Of a stretch of 64,000 nt of DNA, positions 36,401 to 45,004 are shown in pieces. Made by a program: the position numbers and the translations under genes. This DNA is from Marine Group II euryarchaeote MED-G35. GTDB taxonomy: Archaea > Thermoplasmatota > Poseidoniia > Poseidoniales > Thalassarchaeaceae. Position 1 is the first letter of the stretch, and the number at the start of each line of letters is the position of its first letter. The DNA lies in contig NTJS01000005.1 in assembly GCA_002457155.1 (NCBI GenBank), positions 1,694 to 65,693 on the forward strand, in the 5' to 3' direction. Under the pieces are notes generated by a model, which was given only the letters and a program-made list of their open reading frames with translations, made no database searches and was not told the DNA's origin.

Positions 36401-37257
36401 GGGGTTCTTAGAAGCCAGATGTCAAGGTCTTCACACTCGCCAGGAGCCAGGATTTCATCGCCTGGGTTGGTAGGATCGGGGATTGTCTGCAAATCCTCCC
36501 CCCAATTGCCAAGTTTCAGATATTGATAGAAGCCAGTGGTTAGTGGGACAGAAATGGGAGCATGCTGGTTAGCAGGAATGCTGTAGTCAGGACCCTTGTA
36601 TATCTGGATGAACTGGTTGGCGAAGGTCGAATCGGTCGAGGAGAATACGACGTCGGCGTAACCGTCGTCGTTGATGTCCCCGACGTCGAAGTCAGCTAGA
36701 TATGGGTTGATGACCGTGATTGTCTCGAACATCTCCTCCCATTCGTTCACCCTCTCGTCACAGTCCCCCTTGAGGACGGTTAGATTTGCAGGCCTGATGA
36801 ATGACTCGCCGACGAACCTGACATTCTGTTGATAGTAGACTACGTCGTTTACGTCATCCCCATCAACATCTACAATCTCGACCCTGTTCCCATCAGCCAC
36901 GTCTCGGAAACCGGCTCTGAATGAGTCGTTGTTTGAGATCTGCACGTCCTGCCTGTCTGCGAAACCTCCGTTCCCATCATTGTACAGGAAGCTGATGAAG
37001 TGCCCGAAACCGCTCCCTGATGCGATGTCATTGTCTCCATCGCAATCTAAATCTCCGATGGAAATGTACAGTGGATCCCTCTGAACGCCATATTGAGTGG
37101 TATGGGAAGCAGAAGCATAAGGCACGGCTGAAACGAAGAGCGATGTTAGCATCAGGAACACTAGTCCGACGGCCCTCCTGCTCTTTCCGTGCTCAAGGTT
37201 TCCAGTCATACTTTCGTCCATCATGGTAGTTCGGACTTTCCGGCCACTCTTATGCAT
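30481..37257 (-). CDS. Giant (2258 aa) surface protein with N-terminal FG-GAP/VCBS (integrin-alpha-like) repeats, C-terminal TM anchor and Gln/Tyr-rich cytoplasmic tail
   Basis: Signal/anchor AVGLVFLMLTSLFVSAVPYASA. FG-GAP Ca-loops at about 36030-37060: GDLDCDGDNDIASG, VDVDGDDVNDVV, GDINDDGYADVV, ADVNQDGELDFF. TM FVFAGIGALLLIAVLAITMMF. Tail ...YATQYYAQYYSQQKGGGG. Confidence 0.85.
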   Translation of the reverse strand: MHKSGRKVRTTMMDESMTGNLEHGKSRRAVGLVFLMLTSLFVSAVPYASASHTTQYGVQRDPLYISIGDLDCDGDNDIASGSGFGHFISFLYNDGNGGFADRQDVQISNNDSFRAGFRDVADGNRVEIVDVDGDDVNDVVYYQQNVRFVGESFIRPANLTVLKGDCDERVNEWEEMFETITVINPYLADFDVGDINDDGYADVVFSSTDSTFANQFIQIYKGPDYSIPANQHAPISVPLTTGFYQYLKLGNWGEDLQTIPDPTNPGDEILAPGECEDLDIWLLRTPPYNAGVGYSSGTYDNMTVLEYDCVTGQYPNPMNPTGTGNIHEFTLDAEHDYPMYGLDIADSTPDDDVNEIDIIAVVDGITGNVSYATKTSSGWDKQNYVDFGDYLGASVTIADVNQDGELDFFVPTSLTLLDTQESTVQNQTFLLRPNLRALNTVQILLADPDGNGYLDPLSFDVGRRPTMAMPGQLQGAENSALEVVIGQEDYTYRFSNNAMWLDTQGYAGQGDYLSVLVLDNFDLGITRVEIEPSVKDPATFQSIVGEGNRWVNVTVKNTGLMPISGGSLDIDLEVREVLGGTDTVIYFNDFESSSPDINTGSASFNKYSYTGEYESGNSSWHIDEDRHWISQDYDEYDVAHFNNSDYQCMPNGTDKCFAADGNPEENNESWDGPVAYPSWEAEANPTSYYWAGVSHTYDLDDGNSTEDSGYYNHMDEALILEGIDLSGADAAFLDMDAICTAGFFELFLAEPYDVIERWLYEDSCSIEVWSDGSGWETVWRYGGWDNERKYRIEERVSSAPDPEYNDYNDNFFGDWQTTMWNNYTDSGGIRDSCVVFYNICWEDGGLDQKADSIDLTPYAGQTIDIRFRFRSGLEGTVGPEGSEDFSGLDGFAIDNISVRTRDVNFGDSTVESQELTNLDLVAGESLQVQLTADFVDNTTYYISTVLSNFNLGGGQGDQDSTNDQTRFQLTVRNLYDPGLFEEPWLDLLNGERYASGEMPITIGVQNWGNTFVDFDVEAKVRNALPELIAAEDFSGFQPIWEDDGNENGSRLDDSTGSNDMLPQNQGVFKNQAYWLGHPDDGYGDSWNETLTLEPIELTDSGADFTFLSFDYFAEGDHISDRNGNVQSVRDFSYLEASWVKEGEVYQGIIYGSWTDLNENGLRLAFNPYTETIYNYCEDFDQNGLYEEVEYAGDHSGGIGEDGFVSWFDSDNLVNTARIDLTHVHLLNQTAEDSFAWTDECTSLSGADVTFTWRFYSNDDGVNGNAGYAGFAIDNIRVDDYTFTDDGEYTQTVTGMDAGQKRVLEMGIHDFESGLYRIDLMTLYNNTNNASKWFDKPEISKANNVSTILFEIANADITLLQADVLDCVADAVYSCVYATNPQGQKSHDFAVPMLNGVIEGVYEVTMKIVDEETGQTVYEQTSDNGPFVLDPHQRSQANWSAPYDLWFDSHTYNISFQSILTETGATSGNERYFDIQFLDNIDVAILSNPTDQNRLQRVKQDLSAMNKTYTQFEVEEWNVYGMEDWFEHYSKILLPWQTDYSVEYGDYYELLGVPNPDNADITLTESLIEFMRDGGTLQVHLGPYYSDYDDIQNPNARDRLPFGMNVVMRDHFNATVDHRVLSDNISLIDPFHPLMSGINPSALAGINGGTHVALSTLDLTQVKAENIPRICSDGPPGGTEGGEISDGGTFHTIIRDSENPSQSLLSTCNYQQGGMIVTTIDVENPAVSQPFGDPNFPMLANLLDFHLSPYPDGFEIAGEGFELTIDGAVQSLDDLMLGAYERTPIKSSAELDFGFLTETTGIHADWLIESANGEDVTGWDGQALGDDNNHVHRPNSTDPVTATFCVPDENAELGCKIDAEWRIWLFLHDSHGNTRITNISVYTNDVNADSTPPVAHIEILEDFAFTEFVEFVGYQQTPTGDQDEDGNWIMVDSPKYRVRLSDTGDTTISFSSANSSDIGTGIGKFSWSINGDGDSVHVYELPGSEVEWTYTFRNLTVGQNTIMVELTVYDKREQRNLEPNRVFFEVVGEMFGDSAPDVEFDSITTADGDSFSALDSDIVNITGTVVDNDASAECDVKVEASLDDISVFDKSEGIKTAQKALGRFDWQDGLCDGDQYLLSLNISHLYLELDGNAGIIHIRVTEGSYVVDDQIQLYTVPRSDEETGGNEEGNSGPSTFVFAGIGALLLIAVLAITMMFMRRGGGSDQEQDSVESFGGVEQMDPVEAYVQQLVAQGYEEQMARQYATQYYAQYYSQQKGGGG

Positions 37258-37302
37258 TACCGAAACGTGTTTTTTTGCTGCATTAGGAGATTGTCCCTTT
37301 GG

Positions 37303-37761
37303 TTACTTCATCTCGAGCCAACTGGGGTTGGGCGAGTAACTTACTTCGACACCCCCGTAGATCTTCTCGAGCCTCCCCATGATCCACAGCCTATCTAGGA
37401 AAATCTCGAGGTCTATGCCCTCCCTGTTCATTCGCTCCCCCACCAGTACCTCGATGGTGCTGACTCCTAGCGAAGAGTGCCCATGTTCCCTAACAATCAG
37501 GGTCAGGAGAATCTGCAACCATGCTTCCGCCATTGGGTCCCCAGATAGGTTATTGTTCAGGGGTTCTAAGTCCTCGACTTCGTCCAAGAATTCCATTATT
37601 GCGCGAATGTCCGGGTCGGTCTTCTTCGAGATGCCGTGTTCGTCGGCCTGGGATTGCATGTTCAAATCCCCTACCTGCCTAACTATTGAGGGGATCCTAG
37701 ATGGATCTGGTGGTGGCCCTGGTAGGCCTTCTTCTTCGGGTTCTTGCTCCTCTCCTTCCAT
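37303..37761 (-). CDS. Acidic hypothetical protein
   Basis: 152-aa ORF between acnA and the giant gene on the same strand. Acidic N-terminus with a Pro-rich stretch (GLPGPPPDPSRIPS). No family recognised. Confidence 0.45.
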   Translation of the reverse strand: MEGEEQEPEEEGLPGPPPDPSRIPSIVRQVGDLNMQSQADEHGISKKTDPDIRAIMEFLDEVEDLEPLNNNLSGDPMAEAWLQILLTLIVREHGHSSLGVSTIEVLVGERMNREGIDLEIFLDRLWIMGRLEKIYGGVEVSYSPNPSWLEMK

Positions 37762-37792
37762 CCTACAGCCTCATTTCTCTCCTAGTCGGACT

Positions 37793-40480
37793 TCAATCCT
37801 TTGCCAGTTTTCTTAGGACCGTCTGAAGTATTCCACCATTTCTGTAGTATTCGACCTCAACGGGAGTCTCCAGACCAACGATAGCGGTGAAATTTATCTC
37901 TGTTCCATCGACCTTCCTTGCGGAGATCTGAATCTCCGAGAAGGGCTCCAAGTCCCCAGAAGCGGGGATGTTGAAGAATTCGGACCCGTCTAGTCCCAAT
38001 GAGTCGGCATCATCGCCTTGAGCGAATGCAAGAGGTAGGACTCCCATTCCAACTAGATTGGATCTGTGAATCCTCTCGTATGACTTCGCAATCACTGCTC
38101 TAACACCTAGCAATAGGGTGCCTTTGGCTGCCCAATCCCTGCTGCTCCCAGAGCCATACTGTGAGCCAGCGAGGACCACTAGTTGAGTCGAGGCTTCGAT
38201 GTACCTCTCACTAGCCTGGTGAATGGAGATCACCTCATCGGTTGGGAAGTGAGTGGTCAAGCCACCTTCTGTCCCCGGAGCTGTCTGGTTCCTCATCCTG
38301 ATGTTTGCGAATGTCCCCCTAACCATCACCTCGTGATTGCCTCTACGGCTTCCGAATGAGTTGAAATCCCTCGGCTGTACTCCTTTCCCAACCAGATACT
38401 GTCCAGCTGGCCCTGAGCTTGGGAATGCTCCTGCGGGGCTGATGTGGTCAGTTGTCACAGAATCTCCCACCATGACTAGGACTCGGGCGTCCACAATTGG
38501 CTCAATCGAGGAAGGATCTGGCTGAATTCCCTGGAAGAATGATGGGAGTCGAACGTAAGTGGAATCCGAGTCCCATGGGAAGAGTTCGCTCGCCTCGCTT
38601 GGGATATCATCCCATCTTGGTTCACTCAATATGTCGGAATATCGGCTCACGAACATCTCAGGCCCAATTGCCGCCTCCACAGTACTGCGAATCTCCTCGT
38701 CACTGGGCCAGATGTCTGACAGCATGACGGGTTTGCCCGAGGGGTCATGTCCGAGAGGATCTTCGGAGAAATCTACATCCAATGTACCTGCAAGAGCGTA
38801 AGCCACGACTAGAGGAGGGCTAGCAAGGTAGTTTGCCTTTATTTTCTGATGGATCCTTCCCTCAAAATTCCGATTCCCAGAGAGGACACTGCCGACAACT
38901 AGGTCAGAATCTTCGATTGCCCCCTCGATCTCCGGATCGAGGGGTCCAGAGTTGCCTATGCAAGTGGTGCATCCGTACCCAACTACGCTGAATCCGAGAG
39001 AGTCTAAGTCCTCTGAGAGGCCCGAAGCATCGTAGTACTCTGTGACCACTCTGCTACCCGGAGCGAGGCTTGGTTTGACCCATGGTTTGATTGAAAGACC
39101 CCTTGACCTAGCATTCCTAGCGAGCAAGCCGGCAGCGATCATCACGCTAGGATTGCTTGTATTCGTGCAACTCGTTATGGCAGCGATAACGACATCTCCG
39201 TGTTTCAAATCGCAGTCTCGGCCATCTATAGGGGAGGTTGCGTCGTTCCTGCTGGCATCTACGCCGTGTCCTTGATGACCAGTTGGAGCATTCAGGCTAG
39301 ATCTCCAGTGGGACTTCATCGCTGAAAGTGAGACCCTGTCCTGTGGCCTCTTTGGACCAGATAGAGAGGGCTCTACCGTTGACAGGTCGAGAGAAAGGTT
39401 GGAGGTGAACTTCGGAGTAGGGGTGGAGTCTTGGTACAGAAGCCCCTGAGCTTCCATGAATCTCTTTACGTCCTCTACATGACCCGGTTCCCTACCAGAT
39501 AGTAGCATGTAATCGAGAGTTGTCTGGTCGACGGGGAAGAATCCGCAGGTTGCACCATACTCTGGTGCCATGTTCGCGATTGTCGCCCTGTCTGGGAGGC
39601 TGAGGTTAGACAGTCCCTGCCCGTGGAACTCAACGAACTTACCCACGCATCCGTGGCCCCTCAGCATCTCGACAATCCGGAGAGTCATGTCAGTGGCCGT
39701 TACTCCCGGCTCTAGAGAGCCAATGAGTTCGAATCCAACGACCTCGGGCAGCAGCATGTAGATCGGTTGACCTAGCATGACGGCCTCGGCCTCGATGCCC
39801 CCAACGCCCCATCCGAGTACCCCCAAACCGTTGATCATAGTTGTGTGCGAGTCCGTTCCGACGAGTGAATCTGGAATCCACAATCCATCTTCCTCTCTAG
39901 CTACTCTGGCAATCCACTCTAGGTTTACCTGATGGACAATGCCCCTTCCCGGTGGAACCGCACGAAAGTTGTCTAGGTTTAGTTGCCCCCACTTCAGGAA
40001 CTTGTACCTCTCTGAGTTTCGTTCGTACTCGATTTCCAGATTGCGCTCACGAGCATCGGGAAAGAGTCCGGAAACATCGACCTGCACGGAGTGGTCGATA
40101 ACCAGATCCACTGGAACCTGGGGGTTGACCTTGCTTGGATCCCCTCCGAGTTCCTTCATTGCGTCCCTGAGTGCAGCGATGTCAACAATTGCAGGGACTC
40201 CCGTGAAGTCTTGCAGAATAACCCGACTAGGACTGAATGGGATTTCCTCCGGCTTCATATCTGGCGACCATGAAGCAATTCTCTCCACATCATCCTCGTT
40301 GACAAGGAAACCATCACATTTCCTCAATGCAGATTCAAGGAGAATTCGGATTGAGAATGGAATTTCGGGCAAGTTGCATATGCCTTTTTCCTCTAGTGAA
40401 TGCAAGTCCATGAAACGAGCCTTGGACCCGTCTTTTCTCTCGAACTCGGACTGTGCATCAAATGGGTTTTCATCCCTCAT
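37793..40480 (-). CDS. acnA: Aconitate hydratase A (AcnA/IRP type)
   Basis: Length 895 aa. Motifs IVHQVNLE, GTDSHTTM, ITSCTNTSNP, CTTCIGNSG, SGNRNFEGR and GSSRDWAAKG. Confidence 0.95.
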   Translation of the reverse strand: MRDENPFDAQSEFERKDGSKARFMDLHSLEEKGICNLPEIPFSIRILLESALRKCDGFLVNEDDVERIASWSPDMKPEEIPFSPSRVILQDFTGVPAIVDIAALRDAMKELGGDPSKVNPQVPVDLVIDHSVQVDVSGLFPDARERNLEIEYERNSERYKFLKWGQLNLDNFRAVPPGRGIVHQVNLEWIARVAREEDGLWIPDSLVGTDSHTTMINGLGVLGWGVGGIEAEAVMLGQPIYMLLPEVVGFELIGSLEPGVTATDMTLRIVEMLRGHGCVGKFVEFHGQGLSNLSLPDRATIANMAPEYGATCGFFPVDQTTLDYMLLSGREPGHVEDVKRFMEAQGLLYQDSTPTPKFTSNLSLDLSTVEPSLSGPKRPQDRVSLSAMKSHWRSSLNAPTGHQGHGVDASRNDATSPIDGRDCDLKHGDVVIAAITSCTNTSNPSVMIAAGLLARNARSRGLSIKPWVKPSLAPGSRVVTEYYDASGLSEDLDSLGFSVVGYGCTTCIGNSGPLDPEIEGAIEDSDLVVGSVLSGNRNFEGRIHQKIKANYLASPPLVVAYALAGTLDVDFSEDPLGHDPSGKPVMLSDIWPSDEEIRSTVEAAIGPEMFVSRYSDILSEPRWDDIPSEASELFPWDSDSTYVRLPSFFQGIQPDPSSIEPIVDARVLVMVGDSVTTDHISPAGAFPSSGPAGQYLVGKGVQPRDFNSFGSRRGNHEVMVRGTFANIRMRNQTAPGTEGGLTTHFPTDEVISIHQASERYIEASTQLVVLAGSQYGSGSSRDWAAKGTLLLGVRAVIAKSYERIHRSNLVGMGVLPLAFAQGDDADSLGLDGSEFFNIPASGDLEPFSEIQISARKVDGTEINFTAIVGLETPVEVEYYRNGGILQTVLRKLAKD

Positions 40481-40545
40481 TATCTCACCGAGTAATTTCT
40501 CCCAGTGAGAAGTAAATGAAGTTCACCCATGCAAACGAATCCCAA

Positions 40546-41577
40546 TCAGGCGATTCTAGCAGAAATTATCCGGACAGGGTCCACCGGGGAGTCATTCTGA
40601 GTCTCAAGGTTGCTGATTGCATCAACATGCTCCATACCTGAAATGACGTATCCAAAGACGGTGTGGCAGCTTCTCGTTGTGCAGTCCTTTCCAGCCTCCC
40701 AATCGAGATGGCCGGCCGAACCGTCAGTAGGTACGATGTAGAACTGACTCCCGTCGGTGTTCAGTCCTGCATGTGCTGCAGCAAAGGCGCCAACCGTGTG
40801 CTTCAGACCGTTCTCGTGCTCGTATGGAATCGTGTAATCCTCCTTCTGCCGGCATTCGCTTTCTGGAACCTGCTCTCCATTGCAGAATCCGTAGTAATGA
40901 GCGGAATAGCCTCCTGATCCTCTAAGATTTTCTATGTCTCCGCCTTGGATCATGAAGTTGTCAATTACTCGGTGGAACTCCACACCATCATATTGGAAGT
41001 TCTCTGCATGGGTCAGGAAACTCTCAACGTGCATAGGTGCGTCATCCTCATACATCTCAATTTGTATCTCTCCTGTAACTGACTGACCATTGAGGACATA
41101 CTGTACCTCCAGGGTCACTACAGGGTTATTGCCGTCATCGAGAAACTCAGAAATGAGTTTGATAGAAACCAAGAGAGTTACCATTGAGAAGACCATCGCA
41201 AGGAGCCCGAGAGGAGTTGGATTTCCTTGATCGAACATCTGGAAACCGATGCCGAGAGAAATTGCGTTCTCGTCCATCATTGAAGCGAGCTTGTTCATAT
41301 TCCTGCGTGCCTCCTTGTTCTTCGGATCAATAGAAAGGGACTTGGTGTAATTCTTGTATGCCTTCTGCCAGTGTGACTTCTGGTTCCTTCGGTCAATGAC
41401 ACCCCACTCCGTACTAGCATCAGCGGCCAGAGCGAGTGTCTTGGCCCTCTGAGCCTCGTTGTCTATGCTGCTCCAAGCGGATCTAAGTGCCTCCAGTGCC
41501 CCCTCAGGATCGTTCTTTTCACCCAATAGCTCAGCTGAGTCGTCCCAAGCTTTCTGCAGTTCTGCTGGAATTGGCAC
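40546..41577 (-). CDS. Membrane-anchored cyclophilin-type peptidyl-prolyl isomerase with N-terminal helical (TPR-like) domain
   Basis: GTG start. Central TM LGLLAMVFSMVTLLVSIKLI. C-terminal cyclophilin blocks FHRVIDNFMIQGGD, GSQFYIV and HTVFG. Confidence 0.85.
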   Translation of the reverse strand: MPIPAELQKAWDDSAELLGEKNDPEGALEALRSAWSSIDNEAQRAKTLALAADASTEWGVIDRRNQKSHWQKAYKNYTKSLSIDPKNKEARRNMNKLASMMDENAISLGIGFQMFDQGNPTPLGLLAMVFSMVTLLVSIKLISEFLDDGNNPVVTLEVQYVLNGQSVTGEIQIEMYEDDAPMHVESFLTHAENFQYDGVEFHRVIDNFMIQGGDIENLRGSGGYSAHYYGFCNGEQVPESECRQKEDYTIPYEHENGLKHTVGAFAAAHAGLNTDGSQFYIVPTDGSAGHLDWEAGKDCTTRSCHTVFGYVISGMEHVDAISNLETQNDSPVDPVRIISARIA

Positions 41578-41726
41578 GGGCTCGCGACAGCCCTCTCATT
41601 GAAAACTGCAACGGAAGCGATGATGAGTAGGATTGGTTGATTTTCCTATGGTAACGCATAAGACCCTGAGACTTCGCCGATACACTGCAAGCAACCTATC
41701 TGGAAGCACCGGGGACAAAGAAAGCA

Positions 41727-43511
41727 ATGGGAAAAATCGTCAATGATTTCGTAATCAATGTCGCGACAGCCAACGGGACGGGGTCCCAATCATCAAATCT
41801 GATAATTCTCCACTCAATGTTCGAAATGGGGATTCCAGTCAGTGGAAAGAATCTCTTCCCAAGCAACATCTCAGGTTTGCCGACGTGGTTCATTATCCGA
41901 GTGAGTGATGAGGGGTACCAAGCTCCTGGAGATTACACCAACGTCCAGGTTCTGATGAACAAGGACACCTGGATGAAGGACCTGGAGGGGCTAGAACCTG
42001 GAACCATAGTGGTCTACAACGAGGATGTCAAACTCCCGGTGGACAGAGACGACTGCGTCCTGCTGGGAATGCCGATGACGAAGATGGCTAGGAAAATCAA
42101 CCCCAAGCTCGGGAGGCTGATTGCAAACATGTACTATGTAGGTGCAGTCGCCCACCTCCTAGGAATAGACGAGGATGCAATTGGGAAGGCCGTCAAAGCC
42201 CAGTTCAAAGGAAAGGAGAAAGCAATTGAGTTGAACATGCAAGCAATCTCTGAGGGTAGGTCATTCTCAGAGGAGAACTGGGGATTCGAGTGTCAGTATT
42301 GCCTTGAGGGCAGGGAGAAGAATCCCGATTCTTTCCTGATCGAGGGGAATGAGGCAATTGCTCTTGGTTCCATATATGGGGGTGTCAGCATGCTATCTTG
42401 GTACCCGATTACGCCTTCTTCCTCCCTTGCGGAGTCGATTATCGGATGGTTGCCAGAGCTTCGCAGTGATGGCGATGGAGGTAGCACTTGCGCCGTCATC
42501 CAGGCGGAAGACGAACTAGCTGCAGCGGGTATGGTGCTTGGTGCTGGATGGGCTGGAGGAAGGGGGATGACTTGCACCAGTGGCCCGGGAATTTCTCTAA
42601 TGTCCGAATTCATCGGTCTGTTCTACTTCTCAGAGGTCCCGGGAGTAATTTGGGATGTGAATAGAGTGGGGCCTTCTACTGGATTACCGACCAGAACCCA
42701 ACAGGGCGATCTTTCGATGCTCTACGAGGCGAGCCATGGAGATACCCAGCACATCGTACTAATCCCGGGGACTGTTGACGAGTGTTTCGAATTCGGTTGG
42801 AGGGCCTTCGACTATGCCGAGAGGTTCCAAACGATGGTATTCGGATTCAACGACCTAGACTTGGGGATGAACCGTTGGGTTACATCTGGCTTCCAGTACC
42901 CGGATGAGCCCATGGACAGAGGCAAGGTCATCAGAAGCCAGGAGGAGATGGATTCCATTACAAATTACGGCAGGTACCGAGATGTCGATGGCGACGGCAT
43001 AGCATACAGGACATTACCAGGCAGCGGCCTAGACCCCATTCTGTACAGAGGGACGGGTCATGACGAGGATGGGGTATACTCGGAAGACCCCCAGGTGTAC
43101 CACGATGCGATGGCGAGATTGAAGAGGAAGATCGATGGTGCAAGGGAGCACCTGCCTGAACCCATGATTAGGGAAGAGGAGAACAAGGAACTGGGTGTTA
43201 TTTTCTATGGTTCCATGGAGAACACAATCGTCGAGATCGACGACATGCTGGAAGAGAGCGGACTTTCTGTGAGCACGTGCAGGGTCAGGGCCCTCCCCCT
43301 TCACCCAGAGGTGGAGGATTTCGTTAGAAGGCACGAGAGGACGATTGTCCTCGAGATTAACCGGGATGGTCAGCTATTCGGAATCATACGCAAGGAGTTC
43401 CCCGCTGATTTGATACCGAAGATACACAGCGTTGCATACAGCGATGGAATGCCACCAAGGGCAAGGGTATATTCCGATATGATTCTAGAAGTTCTGAAGG
43501 AGGAAAGGTAA
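41727..43511 (+). CDS. korA: 2-oxoacid:ferredoxin oxidoreductase, fused gamma-alpha subunit
   Basis: N-terminal gamma-like domain (ANGTGSQSSN...GKNLFPSNISGLPTWF). Alpha-domain blocks GNEAIALG, SWYPITPSS and TSGPGISLM. Confidence 0.9.
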   Translation: MGKIVNDFVINVATANGTGSQSSNLIILHSMFEMGIPVSGKNLFPSNISGLPTWFIIRVSDEGYQAPGDYTNVQVLMNKDTWMKDLEGLEPGTIVVYNEDVKLPVDRDDCVLLGMPMTKMARKINPKLGRLIANMYYVGAVAHLLGIDEDAIGKAVKAQFKGKEKAIELNMQAISEGRSFSEENWGFECQYCLEGREKNPDSFLIEGNEAIALGSIYGGVSMLSWYPITPSSSLAESIIGWLPELRSDGDGGSTCAVIQAEDELAAAGMVLGAGWAGGRGMTCTSGPGISLMSEFIGLFYFSEVPGVIWDVNRVGPSTGLPTRTQQGDLSMLYEASHGDTQHIVLIPGTVDECFEFGWRAFDYAERFQTMVFGFNDLDLGMNRWVTSGFQYPDEPMDRGKVIRSQEEMDSITNYGRYRDVDGDGIAYRTLPGSGLDPILYRGTGHDEDGVYSEDPQVYHDAMARLKRKIDGAREHLPEPMIREEENKELGVIFYGSMENTIVEIDDMLEESGLSVSTCRVRALPLHPEVEDFVRRHERTIVLEINRDGQLFGIIRKEFPADLIPKIHSVAYSDGMPPRARVYSDMILEVLKEER

Positions 43512-44536
43512 TGGTTAAGCTGAACGTAATAGAACTGGAGAAATCCGAATACACAGGTGGAAAATCCTCCTTGTGTCCCGGATGCGGGCACGACCAGATC
43601 TCGAATAACATAATCCAAGCTGCCTGGGAGAACGGCATTCAACCTGAGAAGATCGCCAAGATGAGTGGTATTGGGTGCTCCTCCAAGACCCCAGCATACT
43701 TCCTCGGTAAGAGCCATGGATTCAACACAGTTCATGGGAGGATGCCTTCGGTAACTACAGGAGCGAATATGGTTAACAAGGACCTGAGCTTCTTGGCAGT
43801 GTCTGGCGACGGTGATACCGCGAGCATAGGCATAGGTCAGTTCGTCCACGCCATCAGGAGGAATCTGGATATGGTCTACATCGTAGAAAACAACGGTGTC
43901 TACGGCCTCACCAAGGGGCAGTACAGCGCTACTGTAGAGAAGGGTTCGAAGAAGAAGAAGGGCAGCGTCAACCAACAGGCTCCGATCGACCTTTGCGCGA
44001 TGGCAATCAACCTAGGGTGCAGTTTCGTAGCGCGCTCATTCTCTGGTAGCAAGAAGCAGTTGACTGCACTGATGAGGGCAGCGATGAGCCACAGGGGGAT
44101 GGCATTCATTGACGTCATCTCTCCGTGCGTGACCTTCGCCAACAACGACGAGTCCTACAGGTCCTACAACTACGTGAAGGCGAATGACGAGGTCCTCCAC
44201 ATCCTGGACTACATCCCCCACTTCTCCCCACTAGAGGAGGTGGAGGTCCCAGAAGGCGAGTTCAGGGAGGTGAATCTGTTTGACGGCTCGACTTTGAGGC
44301 TAGAGACCGTGGCGGCGGACCACGATTACACGGATGCTGTCTCCGCATTGAGCGCTATACACAAGTCGGAGAAGGCTGGAAGTCATGTGACAGGGCTTCT
44401 CTACTACGATGATAATGTCCCTACCGCAACGGACACGCTGGGGCTGAGCGAAACGCCCCTAGTGAACCTCTCCGAGGACCTCCTGCGACCCAGCGAGGGC
44501 AGCCTGGAGAAGGTGAATGCCGTATTCAGGTCATGA
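43511..44536 (+). CDS. korB: 2-oxoacid:ferredoxin oxidoreductase beta (TPP-binding) subunit
   Basis: Motifs CPGCGH, SGIGCS, GDGD...IG and NNGVYGLTKGQ. The start overlaps the korA stop as TAATG. Confidence 0.9.
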   Translation: MVKLNVIELEKSEYTGGKSSLCPGCGHDQISNNIIQAAWENGIQPEKIAKMSGIGCSSKTPAYFLGKSHGFNTVHGRMPSVTTGANMVNKDLSFLAVSGDGDTASIGIGQFVHAIRRNLDMVYIVENNGVYGLTKGQYSATVEKGSKKKKGSVNQQAPIDLCAMAINLGCSFVARSFSGSKKQLTALMRAAMSHRGMAFIDVISPCVTFANNDESYRSYNYVKANDEVLHILDYIPHFSPLEEVEVPEGEFREVNLFDGSTLRLETVAADHDYTDAVSALSAIHKSEKAGSHVTGLLYYDDNVPTATDTLGLSETPLVNLSEDLLRPSEGSLEKVNAVFRS

Positions 44537-44595
44537 GTACGCAGTTCTGATTGCTCGGTTTTCTTGAAATATCCGGGCCTTGTCCGTGTTACACC

Positions 44596-44671
44596 AGTCC
44601 CTTGGTGTAGCGGTCCATCATATGGCACTCTGGATGCCATGACCCTGGTTCGAATCCGGGAGGGACTACCA
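44596..44671 (+). tRNA. tRNA-Gln (anticodon CUG), CCA encoded
   Basis: Hand-folded. Acceptor AGUCCCU/AGGGACU (A1:U72), anticodon stem UGGCA/UGCCA, loop CUCUGGA, T arm CCUGG-UUCGAAU-CCGGG. Length 76 nt. Confidence 0.85.
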
Positions 44672-44682
44672 ATCTAGATCCG

Positions 44683-44949
44683 CTAGACGTACTGGTAGAG
44701 AAGCTGGGAGACCCAGCTGACCATCATTATGATCATGAACCAACCCAAGGCGAGTTTTGCGATCCTAGTGGGTTTCTTCTTTGGTGGGAAGGGATCAATT
44801 CCGGCTTCGAGGGCCTGTGAGATAATCTCCAACTCCTCCTCGATGGTCTCGGGGGGCCTCATCATCTCACTTCTCCGGGTTGAAAGCTCCACCCGAGGCA
44901 GAGATTTGCCCCCTTGGTGCGAAAGCACATGCATTGCGAAGGCTAGCAT
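44683..44949 (-). CDS. Small hypothetical tail-anchored membrane protein
   Basis: It is the only sizeable ORF in a 330-nt gap. It has a C-terminal hydrophobic helix (LALGWFMIIMMVSWVSQLL). The start is uncertain. Confidence 0.3.
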   Translation of the reverse strand: MLAFAMHVLSHQGGKSLPRVELSTRRSEMMRPPETIEEELEIISQALEAGIDPFPPKKKPTRIAKLALGWFMIIMMVSWVSQLLYQYV

Positions 44950-45004
44950 GATTATTCAATCGTTATCGTAGCGAGGTTGAAGCATCGAATCCCTTCGAGC
45001 ACCC

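Noticed and set aside
37270-37276. T7 run between the 152-aa ORF and the giant FG-GAP gene, considered as an archaeal oligo-T terminator.
   Set aside because: Both flanking genes are on the minus strand, where this reads as A7. It therefore cannot act as a T-tract terminator for them. It may be part of an AT-rich promoter instead, which is unproven.
39939-40508. 189-aa ORF antisense to the 5' part of acnA. Similarly 43370-43975 (201 aa) antisense to korA/korB and 14249-14764 antisense to the 736-aa membrane protein gene.
   Set aside because: The opposite-strand genes have unambiguous family motifs (acnA, korAB) or coherent TM topology. The antisense translations are Ser/Arg/Leu-rich with no motifs.
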